A program made the translations under genes and the position numbers. Under the pieces are notes generated by a model. It saw nothing but the letters and a program-made list of their open reading frames with translations, ran no database searches and had not been told where the DNA came from. From positions 8,308,001 to 8,372,000 of the forward strand of contig NC_047033.1 in assembly GCF_902652985.1 (NCBI RefSeq): a stretch of 64,000 nucleotides of DNA. Reading direction: 5' to 3'. The stretch comes from Pecten maximus (Eukaryota). Of the stretch, positions 1 to 12,090 are shown in pieces (positions within the stretch are counted from its first letter, which is position 1; every line of letters starts with the position of its first letter).

Positions 1-163
1 CCCAGCAGGACACCCCAGCCGGTCACATTATACTGATAACGAGCGAACCAGTCGTCCCACTCCTTGTATGCTGAGCGCTAAGCAGGAGCAGCAACTACCA
101 TAGGGGACAGAACCCAAAGCCTTCCTCACATGAGCGAACGTTCAACTAAAGGCCAAAAGTGAG
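1..163 (-). mobile_element. Partial tRNA-derived SINE with a Meta/MESC-like core
   Basis: Minus strand reads TGGTAGTTGCTGCTCCTGCTTAGCGCTCAGCATA, resembling the conserved Meta/MESC SINE core of molluscs. Truncated by the window edge. Confidence 0.55.
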
Positions 164-515
164 CAAACAATAATGGGATTGGTGCATACGTTTGAATATA
201 TTAGGGAAACAAAATATTGACATCGGCAATTATCTTTAAATAAAAGTCATTTTCGTTCCATTCGGTAAACTTATATAGGTATAACAAGGTACTTTACTAA
301 TTAAAATGGATCCGGCTTTTCGAATCCGTCAATATATTTGTATTTATATTTGTGTGCAGTCAGTTCCGCCAATCACCAGTAGAATCTTCAAAATTAGATA
401 AGATTATTACTCCCAGCATTTGATTGTGCGGAGCCATCTAGGCAGATATGATGTGTGATATGGTGGCCACGTACTGGGCTATTAATCTATACTATTGTAA
501 ATATCTATATACATA

Positions 516-1106
516 TGTAGCAGGATTGGTTTTGTTTGTATCTTAACCTCCGTGATCGTCTGTCGGCTTGGCGGCCATGCTGGGAAGTAGGAACTAGCGC
601 CACCTAGTGTTGGTGACGTGGGGTTTTCCCCTAGTTATATTTGGTAACAGGGTACGTGTAGCTTAGCCGGTTCGGGTAGTTGGCTACGTATATACGCGTG
701 TAGCACGGGAAAATACAGGCTGGGGGTGGGGCTACTGGGCTATATATTCAGTTTCGCGGGGTTCTCGCCAGTGCTGGCTGAAGTTTGGACCACGGAACTG
801 GTCAGACACTGAGACCCTGCGTGGCGCAACGTATTTCGGTAAGTCTAGTCTTAAATTGTTATTCGGCCTGGGTCGCTAAAATTATGTTTCGGCGTTAGGA
901 TATATTTATCAGCCGTATCTGCTGATTCCCGGCTGAAGTTTAGATAGGAACTGACCGAGAATCACCTGATACCGGCATTTAGTTAGTCTCTTCTAAATTA
1001 CCGTCGTCTACACCTCAATATATACTATGTCTCCGTCGTCTATGTCCAGTTATGTCCATTGGTCCGTCGTCTATAGGCATATTAGGGAAACATTTGTAGC
1101 CTTAGT

Positions 1107-1145
<39 letters not shown>

Positions 1146-1365
1146 CGTTCCATATATGAGTGTAGTATGCGAGTTGTTTGAGATTGTATTTGTAGGCCTT
1201 GTATTGTTTCCTGTCATGTAAATAAATATATGTGAATATATCTGCTCGTTGATTGTCCTTGGCAATGTCATGATGCATACCGGGGTGTATATACATGTAG
1301 TTACACAGACACACGGAACCCAGTCGTAGGACCTGAGAAACATCCACTATACGAAAACTGTTACA
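516..1365. mobile_element. Solo LTR (Gypsy-type, 850 bp)
   Basis: Termini TGTAGCAG...CTGTTACA form an imperfect inverted pair. 4-bp TSD CATA at 512-515 and 1366-1369. GC-richer than the flanks, with internal AATAAA at about 1221. Confidence 0.75.
1108..1143 (+). repeat. Poly-G homopolymer (36 G)
   Basis: Direct count; lies inside the solo LTR. Confidence 0.95.
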
Positions 1366-1370
1366 CATAT

Positions 1371-2560
1371 GGGTGTTTCAAAATATCTGATACTTTCTAA
1401 ATCCCAATAACTCATTTCATCACAGGAAAATAATATACTAGTATACCACATAAAAGTACATTTTCTAAGTTTTATTTGTGGATCTTACCATACTGAAGTG
1501 GATATTAAACATTTAACTGTTTGTCAATAAAAGGTACCTTTTTATACAAAGTGCTCCAAATGACGTGCATTTTGGTCAGCGACAAAATCAATTCTACGTC
1601 TAAAATTTTTAATTACTAATGCACATATTTTAATAGATATTTCGTGGATTTCTCTGCGGATAGCCTGCTCGAGGTCTACAATGATCTCAGAAGGTGGATT
1701 GTACAATTTACCCTTAAGATAACCCAACCGAAAGAAGTATAAAGGGTTGAGGTCAGGTGAATGTTGCGGCCTAGCTGTATGGGTCTTCAGCGATATAATC
1801 TTTCTTTTAAAAATTGAATTCGATCACTCAAAAACATTTCCTGCAGTATGTGATGTTGCGCGATCCCCTTGAAACCACACTGATCTAATGCTAGATTTTT
1901 TTAGGATGGCCGGTAAGAATTTTTGTTTAAGAAGATGGAAGTAGCAATCACAATTAAGTGTCATGGCGTTGCCATTTGTGTCCTTATAGAAAAATGGGCC
2001 AAAAATTCTAGTTGAACTAGGAGACGCCAAAACGGTTACTTTATCACTATGTAGGGATTTCTCTGTATAGAACCTTTGGTTTTTAGACCCCCAGAATCTG
2101 AAATTCTGCTTGTTTACCTCATTATGTAGGTCAAAATGAACCTCATCTGAAAACCAAACGGTATCCTGAAATGTCTGCGCTGTTCTATAATCCATCTTAC
2201 AAATACCAACCGAGAATGAATATCAGTGATTTTTAGGTGTTGCATGACACTAGAGATCACTGTAGTTGTCTTTTAAAACTAGTCGCACAGGCCTTTCGGA
2301 TGTTTCCTCAATTACTGTTCTCACACTTTCAATATTTTCCTTAGAACGATCATATTTAGTCTTTCCTTTTTTCCATGCCATCCATCAGCAACTGATCCAC
2401 TGTGTTCAAACCTCTTTACAATACGCTTAATCTGCAGAATTGACATCTTCGGCATCCCTGGTACTTTATATGCACACATCTGACCACTTTTATAGGTGAA
2501 TTTAGCTGATAGTGCCTCTGCCAGATCAGATGTTTGTCAGAAATCTACATCTTTGAAAAT
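1371..2560 (-). mobile_element. Degenerate Tc1/mariner transposon, DD41D (rosa-like) transposase fossil
   Basis: ORFs 1824-2195 and 1542-1727 lie in one frame separated by a single stop. Motifs WFSDEVHF..VNKQNFRFWG, WFQGDRATSHTA and PQHSPDLNPLYFF.LGYLK. There are 41 codons between the second D and the (mutated) third catalytic position. TIR-like GGGTGTTTCAAAA at 1371; the other boundary is approximate. Confidence 0.85.
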
Positions 2561-4747
2561 GCCTGTTTTACGAGTCATAGGTGATGTTATAGATGACATC
2601 ATATTTTCCCGAACTTTTTGTTCGAACAAACTATGAACAATTACCTATCATATGATGTGCAAAGATTAGATTTGTTGATGGAAGGTTTCATGGCAGATTT
2701 AGTGCGAAACGTTTCCATCATTACCCTTTTCCCAAGACTTCGTTTTTGCTATTTTTATTTAAATCTACAAAAAGTGAGCGATGAAAGATACATAAAAATA
2801 CATATATGTATCCTGTGCATGAAACAAATTTTAAGAAAGCGCTGATTATTGACCGGCAGACATAGCAAAATTATAGGAGTTAGTGTCTGAAAACATGGAT
2901 TGTATGAGTTTCAGGAGAACCAAGGAATGATGCATTTTGTATCAAACCGCATGTAATTCCCCCATCAATGGTCTTAACCCTTATTGTTTCGAGGAAAAGT
3001 AGTAAACTGGAAATAAGTGAATAAGTTACTTATGACCTTGCCCTGAATGGAATGAACGTTATTTTGAGATCTGAATATGGCATTTTGTTATCTTAGACTT
3101 ACAATTGCTGTCTGTTTTTCACCTCTGCATTATAGCGACATATTACACCGTGCTTACTCATGGGTCTTATGTATTAGGTATCCTATGATGAAACATTTTA
3201 GCTATGACAATAAATGTGGGTCAGGTTGTTTCTGAGTAAATACTGGGTGAAATGTCTTTTGTTTATGTAATATGATGATGACAAGGAACATCAATTTACG
3301 AAGCTATTATACTAAAGTGATGTTTGATTGAATGACCAATCGCGGGGTTTTTTGTCAACAGATCCAATGGAATATATGTTATGATCCACATAGTCTAGTA
3401 TCGATCATCCATGAACTTAACGTTTCCGCTATTAACGTTAAAACGTTGACACAAATGAGAATTCGATAATGTATTGTATTATCGTCCCTAAGTGATAAAT
3501 TAGATTGTAGTTAATGTGACCTCATTTTGGAAGCATTAGTATAATATAAACATATTACTTCACGAATGTTATAAAAATTATGAAGAAATAAATATTTTTT
3601 ATTACAATGTTTATCAGAGTTCTTTAACTCCCATAGATTTCGCGAACTTACCGCTTAAGATATATTCGCGAATATATGTTTCCGCGAACGCTGATCTCGA
3701 AATGACTTTAATTCGCGAATGATGAACTATTGGACTCCACAAGGCTCATTTATATATCGGTAGCCGACAGCCTGGCCGCCATACAAAGGAGTTATTTTCG
3801 AACAACTAATCGCAAAAGATTTGAATTCACGATTGGACTCTCCTCGCGTATTAACGCGAAAATAAATCCCACGCGAAATGTGATTTAAAGTTAATAATGA
3901 ACATTAATTACGATTAAAAATAACTTTTGTATATCTGGTCTTGTTGAAGACACCCTTTGAATTCCAATGACTGCATCATACCGAATATATACAGAGTAGG
4001 CCCTATATAGGTCCTGCTTGATATTTCATCCCTATGCATCGAGACACTCTAATGAGAATGAGTTTCCTAGAGTCCTGTTATTCTGGTTTTAACTTCAACA
4101 TGATCTCGTCCGCCGTCAGTTTGCACTTAATGATCAAATGAAAAAACAGGGGATTGTGAAATGCCACATATACACCTATTGAAATATTTCCAAATGATAA
4201 CTTACGAAGAATATTGTCATTTGGTAACTACATATTGCATATATATTGTATTTGTAAAACATGTTTTATCTTATACCCGTATTATGTCTAAGAGGTATTA
4301 CTATGGTTACGTTGTTGTTGCTCTTTTTTTCTTTTCTTTTCTTTTTCAAAACATACTTTCAAAAAGTTTCTAAGATTCAAATCATTATGTGTATCAGCTG
4401 AGTCATAATGCACGTCTGTTATCGATAATAAAATACTTAACGCATTGTTTCTGGAAAGATTATTTTTTAATCAGTGTAAATTGAATGATACAGCACGATA
4501 GGCGTTAATAAGAACGCCTCAACATAAGTTAAGAATAAGCTTACTGTGAAGTACCAGGTACTCGTGTTGGCGGACTCAAAATTAAGCCTTCAACCGAAAT
4601 TAAATAGTTGGTGCAATGAAGAATTGTCTTGTCGTAGACAACAACACACATTACTTATGACTGTCGTAATGATAGTTTACCCGCACGAAAACAGCTAAAA
4701 TAAGATTACTACTAAAATGAAGACGTTTACAGTATGTAACTCATGCT

Positions 4748-6495
4748 TTTAATCCTCATGATATAACGCCTTTTTACAATCCTCATGATTTAACGCCTTT
4801 TTACAATCCTCATGATTTAACGCCTTCTTACAATCCTCATGATTTAACGCCTTCTTACAATCCTCATGATTTAACGCCTTCTTACAATCCTCATGATTTA
4901 ACGCCCTCTTACAATCCTCATGATTTAACGCCCACTTACAATCCTCATGATTTAACGCCTTCTTACAATCCTCATGATTTAACGCCCTCTTACAATCCTC
5001 ATGATTTAACGCCCTCTTACAATCCTCATGATTTGACGCCTTCTTACAATCCTCATGATTTAACGCCCTCTTACAATCCTCATGATTTAACGCCCTCTTA
5101 CAATCCTCATGATTTAACGCCCTCTTACAATCATCCTGATTTAACGCCCTCTTACAATCATCATGATTTAACGCCCTCTTACAATCATCATGATTTAACG
5201 CCTTCTTACAATCCTCATGATTTAACGCCTTCTTACAATCCTCATGATTTAACACCCTCTTACAATCCTCATGATTTAACGCCTTCTTACAATCCTCATG
5301 ATTTAACGCCTTCTTACAATCCTCATGATTTAACGCCTTCTTACAATCCTCATGATTTAACGCCCTCTTACAATCCTCATGATTTAACGCCTTCTTACAA
5401 TCCTCATGATTTAACGCCTTCTTACAATCCTCATGATTTAACGCCTTCTTACAATCCTCATGATTTAACGCCCTCTTACAATCCTCATGATTTAACGCCC
5501 TCTTACAATCATCCTGATTTAACTTCCGTTTACAATCATTTTGATTTAACGCCTTCTTACAATCCTCATGATTTAACGCCCTCTTACAATCCTCATGATT
5601 TAACGCCTTCTTACAATCCTCATGATTTAACGCCTTCTTACAATCCTCATGATTTAACGCCTTCTTACAATCCTCATGATTTAACGCCCTCTTACAATCC
5701 TCATGATTTAACGCCTTCTTACAATCCTCATGATTTAACGCCTTCTTACAATCCTCATGATTTAACGCCTTCTTACAATCCTCATGATTTAACGCCCTCT
5801 TACAATCCTCATGATTTAACGCCTTCTTACAATCCTCATGATTTAACGCCTTCTTACAATCCTCATGATTTAACGCCTTCTTACAATCCTCATGATTTAA
5901 CGCCTTCTTACAATCCTCATGATTTAACGCCTTCTTACAATCCTCATAATTTAACGCCCTCTTACAATCCTCATGATTTAACGCCCTCTTACAATCATCC
6001 TGATTTAACTTCCGTTTACAATCATTCTGATTTAACTTCTCCTTACAATCATCCTGATTTAACTTCCGTTTACAATCATTCTGATTTAACTTCTCCGTAC
6101 AATCATCCTGATTTAACTTCTTCTTACGATCATCCTGATTTAACTTCTCCTTACAATCGTCCTAATTTAACTTCCGTTTACAATCATTCTGATTTAGCTT
6201 CTCCTTACAATCATCCTGATTTAACTTCTCCTTACAATCATCCTGATTTAACTTCTCCTTACAATCATCCTGATTTAACTTCTTCTTACAATCATTCTGA
6301 TTTAACTTCTCCTTACAATCATCCTGATATTACGCCTCCTTACAATCATCATGATCTAACTTCTTCTTACAATCATCCTTATATAACTTCTCCTTACAAT
6401 CGTCCTGATTCAACTTCTCCTTACAATCATCCTGATATTACGCCTCCTTACAATCGTCCTTATATAACTTCTCCTTACAATCGTCCTGATTTAGC
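4748..6495. repeat. 27-bp minisatellite, about 65 copies (TTTAACGCCYTCTTACAATCCTCATGA, drifting to TTTAACTTCTCCTTACAATCATCCTGA)
   Basis: Directly visible tandem units; these generate the repeat ORFs LTPSYNPHD and LNHEDCKKA. Confidence 0.97.
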
Positions 6496-6607
6496 TCTAG
6501 TTAGAGACTATAATGGTCTTTGCTACCTGGTTGATGCATTTCTGTTTACGTTGAGATAGTGTCTTCGTAATACATAACATAATCGGGAAGTCAACAATGT
6601 ATCAAGA

Positions 6608-7816
6608 TTAGCTGGGCAGTAACAGCTGCTCAACTGTGTAAATACCGAATACTTGTGGTGCTCTTGTCTTTGGCAGATCACGACCTTTAAGTTCTGTCCC
6701 AACGATATACTCTTCGCCAAGACGTTCTTGTGCCCATTTAATCACTGTATCCATAGCTGGAGTAGACACATTGACAATCTGGGCAATTCCTTTGAGAACG
6801 ACCAATCCGAACGGGACATCTTCCCTGGTGTAACGGTAAGAGAAGTCAGGAACATAGCCCCCTCCATCGACGGCCTTCATCGGATGGACAAGACCGTCAT
6901 ATGCTTGGTTGGTCTGGAACGATAGTTTCAGTGAACTCCCATCCTTTACCTGGTCAGCATAATACTCTTTCACCCAATCACTGATATGACTTATCGGTGA
7001 AATGTCAAGATCAGTTTTGCTACACTTGTCTTTGACAGCTTGGGATGTTAACAATACTTCATCGCTTATTTGTGCCAGAAAATGTGACTGTGAGTCATCG
7101 ATTCCCTGGTAGAAGAGGGCCTTTTCCGGAAGTGGTTTACCATCCCAGTTCCTCCATTTCCCGTACATTATCGGTGGATGAATCATGGTTTTAGCCATCA
7201 GATTGACGACTAGACTATTCTGTACTAGATTAAGCCGCGGTTTGTCGCCAATCAATCTCTGAAGTGTCTCAATGCAATCCAGTGGGATATTACTGTCTTC
7301 ACCCTGTACCAAAGCAGCACCTACTTTTTCCTTTGTCCCAAGAACCTGAGCATGCGCACCGTATTCAATTAATCGACATGCCCATGGTAATGTTTCTAGA
7401 ACGACAAGGGTACATTCTTTTGCCTTGCTACCAAATATGTGTGTAAATTGGAAGTCTAATCCTGGATGTGCCGGAACACCAGCGATGAAAGTGTGTGGTC
7501 TACAGTAAGGTAGAATAGCTTTCAAGACTGGCGCATGCGCGTAAGATGGTACAACGATGACGATCACGTCGGCTTTCGGAATCACAGCTGTTGGGTCCCT
7601 TGTGACCAAAAATGGCTTAGCTTTCACTTGACAAGATTCTCCAGCGAAGGAAACCACAATATTCTCTTTCATGGCTGCTGTCCACCTTTCCGCCTCGTTT
7701 TCAAATATTGTGAGAACACTGACGTCAATGTTTGCACGTGCTGCCGCTAAAGTTGAAAAAACGTGGGCTCCGTTTCCGCCACCACATACCACAATCCTCA
7801 AAGGTGTATCTGACAT
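6608..7816 (-). CDS. Opine dehydrogenase (octopine/tauropine/strombine dehydrogenase family), about 402 aa, intronless CDS
   Basis: Rossmann motif VVCGGGNGAH, then ETLPWACR, catalytic-His context IHPPIMYGKW, FYQGID and DFSYRYTREDVPFG, all typical of invertebrate opine dehydrogenases. ATG at 7816 is chosen because the 13 upstream codons of the ORF are mostly a polypyrimidine tract and acceptor (TTTTACAG ending 7822). Confidence 0.93.
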   Translation of the reverse strand: MSDTPLRIVVCGGGNGAHVFSTLAAARANIDVSVLTIFENEAERWTAAMKENIVVSFAGESCQVKAKPFLVTRDPTAVIPKADVIVIVVPSYAHAPVLKAILPYCRPHTFIAGVPAHPGLDFQFTHIFGSKAKECTLVVLETLPWACRLIEYGAHAQVLGTKEKVGAALVQGEDSNIPLDCIETLQRLIGDKPRLNLVQNSLVVNLMAKTMIHPPIMYGKWRNWDGKPLPEKALFYQGIDDSQSHFLAQISDEVLLTSQAVKDKCSKTDLDISPISHISDWVKEYYADQVKDGSSLKLSFQTNQAYDGLVHPMKAVDGGGYVPDFSYRYTREDVPFGLVVLKGIAQIVNVSTPAMDTVIKWAQERLGEEYIVGTELKGRDLPKTRAPQVFGIYTVEQLLLPS

Positions 7817-8481
7817 TGTGACTGTAAAATATGTAAATAAATAAATAAACTTCATAATTTGACAGAAGATAGAAAATGTTCAATTAGCCTTATGTTGCTG
7901 AACAAAATACATCTAACGTTTTTTTTAACTAAATGACGCCAAATGCAATTATCATTCTAAAGTATTCATCATTCAATCGAAGTGACGAATTTTTCAATAA
8001 TGAGCGATAAGTAAATTTTTCGAAAATTATGAATTGATGAAATTTTTAGAAATCAACTTTGCAATGCATTATTCAATTCTTACACGATTATATGCGATAC
8101 TTTTTTTTTTACCAGTACGTAATCAATATGTATCAATCTCATTTTCAGGCTAACATTCTGTGTCAACTCCTACGAGGCGAATATGACCGAAAATTGCAGC
8201 TCTCGTCTGAGACAACTCGATCACATAAGTTCAAGTAGATCTGTTCAGAATTACACATCTTCATGGGAAAGAGACTAAAATCATCCACCACAATGGAAAG
8301 CACGCCAGTCCGGGTAAAGCGAGATAACTCTTGCAGTTTAGATCGATATCTGTTTGGTATTGTGTGTATGCATGTAAAAGCGATTTCTTCCTTGATTTGG
8401 TGATTATAGAACCGGCATGCTTGTAATCACTGAACACAGACCTGCATCTGCAACACAATAAATGAACAATATATTGGCCTA

Positions 8482-8581
8482 ACTTACATTAGACAGGATA
8501 ATCTCGTATACTTTCCAAAAGACAACGACCTCTATACGCGCGTGGTTCACCCTGCTACTTCTTGGAGCGCTTGCTTTTATA
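8482..8581 (-). promoter_or_regulatory. Putative TATA box and non-coding first exon of the opine dehydrogenase
   Basis: Minus-strand TATAAAA at 8581-8575 and a GTAAGT donor at 8487-8482, pairing with the acceptor at 7822 just upstream of the ATG. Confidence 0.55.
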
Positions 8582-10806
8582 TGTTCACGCCTATCTGTAT
8601 GTAACGTTTCGTAACACATGAAAATATAGGTCAACAATGCTACTAGTTTACCGTTAATTTCCGGCTCTTGCAGATAAAATCACGGTTTTTTAAGAATCAG
8701 TAAAAACATATGTATGATGATTGTATGTACTAATACGGAGAGTATCGTAAGTTAAATCATGATATGGTTTTATTCAGATTTTTTTGTGTCGACGAAAGAT
8801 AACGTATACCATATAGTGTTTTGACGCACACGTACACTTCCATGAGAAGCTGTGTAAAAATACAGCTGTCTCGATAGAAAGATAAAGGACACCAGTTGTC
8901 GACAGTAGACGAAATCTAAAATCACAATCTAGGATATTAACACATATTTGAATAGTTTAAAAGCCAAGATTGATATCAGGGAATAATAAAACTACAGTAT
9001 GCAAATTAAAGTAATGGACATCTTTCTGATACACACCTATAGGTACTTAGGTTCTTGAAATAATATGTATGTAAAAAGGAATATATGTTTACGTACATGT
9101 ATATAATTCATTTAGGGGGACCATTAAGAGAATAGATTTTTCGTCCCAGCTGCAACACTTGGGATTTAAAATCTGACTTATTGTGGTGTGTTTTCTTCTA
9201 TAGGTGTGTCCTTGGCAGTCATGTACACTTGAGTCATGGGACGGCGATATCGATAGTTCAGTCGGTTAGAGCGCCGGTTCGTGGTTCGACGATCCCTACC
9301 CGTGTCGGTTTACATGTTTCATGGGAATCTCAGAATTAGAAACGAATCGGTCTGTATTGTCGTGGTTGTGTCTTTAGGCATAACACTTCACCATTATTGC
9401 TCTGGATGACATGCGATGGGCCCCCGTATGTTTATCAGTGTGGTAGCCACCAACTACTACAAGGAGACCTCGCCTAAAAATGTCACTGCATGTAGACGTG
9501 CTGGTAAACACAGCAAACAAACACATATTGACAATCGCACTCATATGACCACCTGGCTGTAGAAAAATGCCATAGGGCGCAGAGTTGGCATAATTGTCCA
9601 TAATTATATGTATTGTTATTTACAGAGGTTTGTAACTCATTGATACATATAATACCTATTTTGGACCGTTATATAGCGTATCTAATATGACCAATGGTAT
9701 ATGTTGGGAGTAGTTTGGCTATCCATAAAGAAGACACAGTTAGTTTCCATTTTTAAGTTTTATGCTAAAACGATCATTGAAAAGTTCAATAAAAAAATCG
9801 AATCATCATTTTTCAGTATTATAATCACTACTAATTTATATAAGATTTACTATAGTTTATTTAGAGGAATCACAGTTTTTGACTATCATTTGTTGAATTT
9901 CATTCTGGAATCCATTCTACTTTGGTAAGAAAATTATCAGTATGGGATGGCAGTTTGATGGTATGCCCATGTTGGCCTGGCTGCCCCCCAGGAGCTGATG
10001 GGCGGGGCAAAAAAAAAAAAAAAGGTTAGAATGACTGATGAACCTCTTGCATTATGTTGCTTTACTACTTCTATTGACATAGTATCCAATGACAACAAAC
10101 GTTTGCATTGTCACAATGGGTATATTACCTTCTACTGGTAGGTGTAATATTATGCATTGTTTAGGTCTCGGTGGATTAATTTCCATCAAACCAATCACAG
10201 AAGAAATAGAAAATGCACAGGAGTTTATTGAACCGCTGTATGTTATAACTAATACGAACAATTCAGCAATTAATTACCTTGATACAACAAAAATCAATAT
10301 TCTGTCTCCAAGGTTTTCCACATTACCCGTAATTGTAAACACATTTCATGTGCTACTAATCGAAAATGTAGCTATCTTTTTGTGTTACTGTACGATGTTT
10401 TCTTTCTTTTTTTTTTCTTTTTTTTTTTACATTTTTGTCCCTTGTTTTATTTCTGTGTTTAATCATAGTTGTAATTTTATAAGACATACAACAACCATAA
10501 GTTAGTGTGACATGTTACTAATCTGAGTGAGGATGGATTGACCTGTTTTGTGTCAATGTGTGCTCTTTATACAGTTTAACAATGTCAAGTGGGATGAAAG
10601 GATATGACCTTACATTTACATTTGGTGTGGCAATGCCCTTATATATTACTAGTAAATCCCTACCAAAAGCAGCTTCATCTATGAGAGTATAACTGAAGTT
10701 GCCCTGAGGGCGTATGAATATCTCACTTGCAAAAAATGTAAACAAAGATGGCCGCCATACATTGTAAAGTCACATTGACATGAGATTCATTAATAGAACG
10801 TAAATA

Positions 10807-10967
10807 TAAGCGATAAACTTCCTAGATGGTGCAGACCTACTGGTATAACTGCCACATGTGTCACAGACAAACAATCATGGTGCGCTAGCGCGCACCATTC
10901 AGTTTGTCTGTGACACATGTGGCAGTTATACCAGTAGGTCTGCCGCATCTAGGCAGTTTATTGCTTA
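10807..10967. repeat. Long fold-back palindrome (about 78-bp arms), probably a non-autonomous DNA element or its terminus
   Basis: Arms include a perfect 42-bp inverted match (GCAGACCTACTGGTATAACTGCCACATGTGTCACAGACAAAC); centre ATGGTGCGC-TAGC-GCGCACCAT. Confidence 0.85.
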
Positions 10968-11569
10968 ATTAATTGAAATGCCGCTAATCGATATGCAAAA
11001 CTGACAATATCGGAAATGTGTGGAGATACTTCAATTTATTGTAACTAATCATAGCTAATTACCAAGTTTATCATTTTTTAAGCAATAATTTGATAGAAAT
11101 CTAAATAATAAGATGAATGATCACAAAAACAGTTAGGGACTTTTGTGTGTGTGTCATCATTGCCGCATCCCCGTGAAGCGGTCATAAATTGGCGCGGCCA
11201 AAGGTCACCGTATCAACCAATAGGATTAAGTTTAGAGTTTAATACACGTGTAGTCTAAACTGTTTGTCATGCCTTCGGAGTTGAATAACATGCACCTATT
11301 GTGTAAATGTATGATACTATCGAGTCGGAAATCTAAATGTTAATAAGGAACTTGACCTCGAACCTTTGATTAATGTTCCCTATTCCATGGTACACATAAT
11401 TTATAGGATAAACACAAACGGTTATCTTCAAAATTGACGCCTGGAAGTTATCCTATGTATTCACCACTTAATCTGTTACGATTTACATTTAATTGTACAA
11501 CACCTTTTATAGATTCACCACGTTCAATGAGTCATTGGCATGTGTGCCGGTTTGATTAATAATCTAAAA

Positions 11570-11619
11570 TGTTGTTGTTGTTGTTGTTGTTGTGGTCGGT
11601 GTTGTTGTTGTGGTCGGTG
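11570..11619. repeat. (TGT)n microsatellite at the gap edge
   Basis: Direct observation. Confidence 0.9.
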
Positions 11620-12090
11620 NNNNNNNNNNNNNNNNNNNNNNNNNNNNNNNNNNNNNNNNNNNNNNNNNNNNNNNNNNNNNNNNNNNNNNNNNNNNNNNNN
11701 NNNNNNNNNNNNNNNNNNNNNNNNNNNNNNNNNNNNNNNNNNNNNNNNNNNNNNNNNNNNNNNNNNNNNNNNNNNNNNNNNNNNNNNNNNNNNNNNNNNN
11801 NNNNNNNNNNNNNNNNNNNNNNNNNNNNNNNNNNNNNNNNNNNNNNNNNNNNNNNNNNNNNNNNNNNNNNNNNNNNNNNNNNNNNNNNNNNNNNNNNNNN
11901 NNNNNNNNNNNNNNNNNNNNNNNNNNNNNNNNNNNNNNNNNNNNNNNNNNNNNNNNNNNNNNNNNNNNNNNNNNNNNNNNNNNNNNNNNNNNNNNNNNNN
12001 NNNNNNNNNNNNNNNNNNNNNNNNNNNNNNNNNNNNNNNNNNNNNNNNNNNNNNNNNNNNNNNNNNNNNNNNNNNNNNNNNNNNNNNNNN
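11620..12090. other. Assembly gap (471 N)
   Basis: N run. Confidence 1.

Noticed and set aside
1027-1368. Poly-Gly and poly-Pro ORFs
   Set aside because: Translations of the G36 run in the solo LTR.
4749-6559. 508-aa (LTPSYNPHD)n and 168-aa (LNHEDCKKA)n ORFs as repetitive or biomineral proteins
   Set aside because: A 27-bp unit without stops gives long ORFs automatically; both ORFs begin at non-ATG codons and have no signal peptide or unique domain.
7817-7855. N-terminal extension MKFIYLFTYFTVT as a signal peptide
   Set aside because: It overlaps the intron polypyrimidine tract and acceptor; family homology starts at MSDTPLRIVVCGGG.
9244-9306. tRNA-like sequence
   Set aside because: Box A-like start but a truncated, non-folding body; at most a decayed SINE head.
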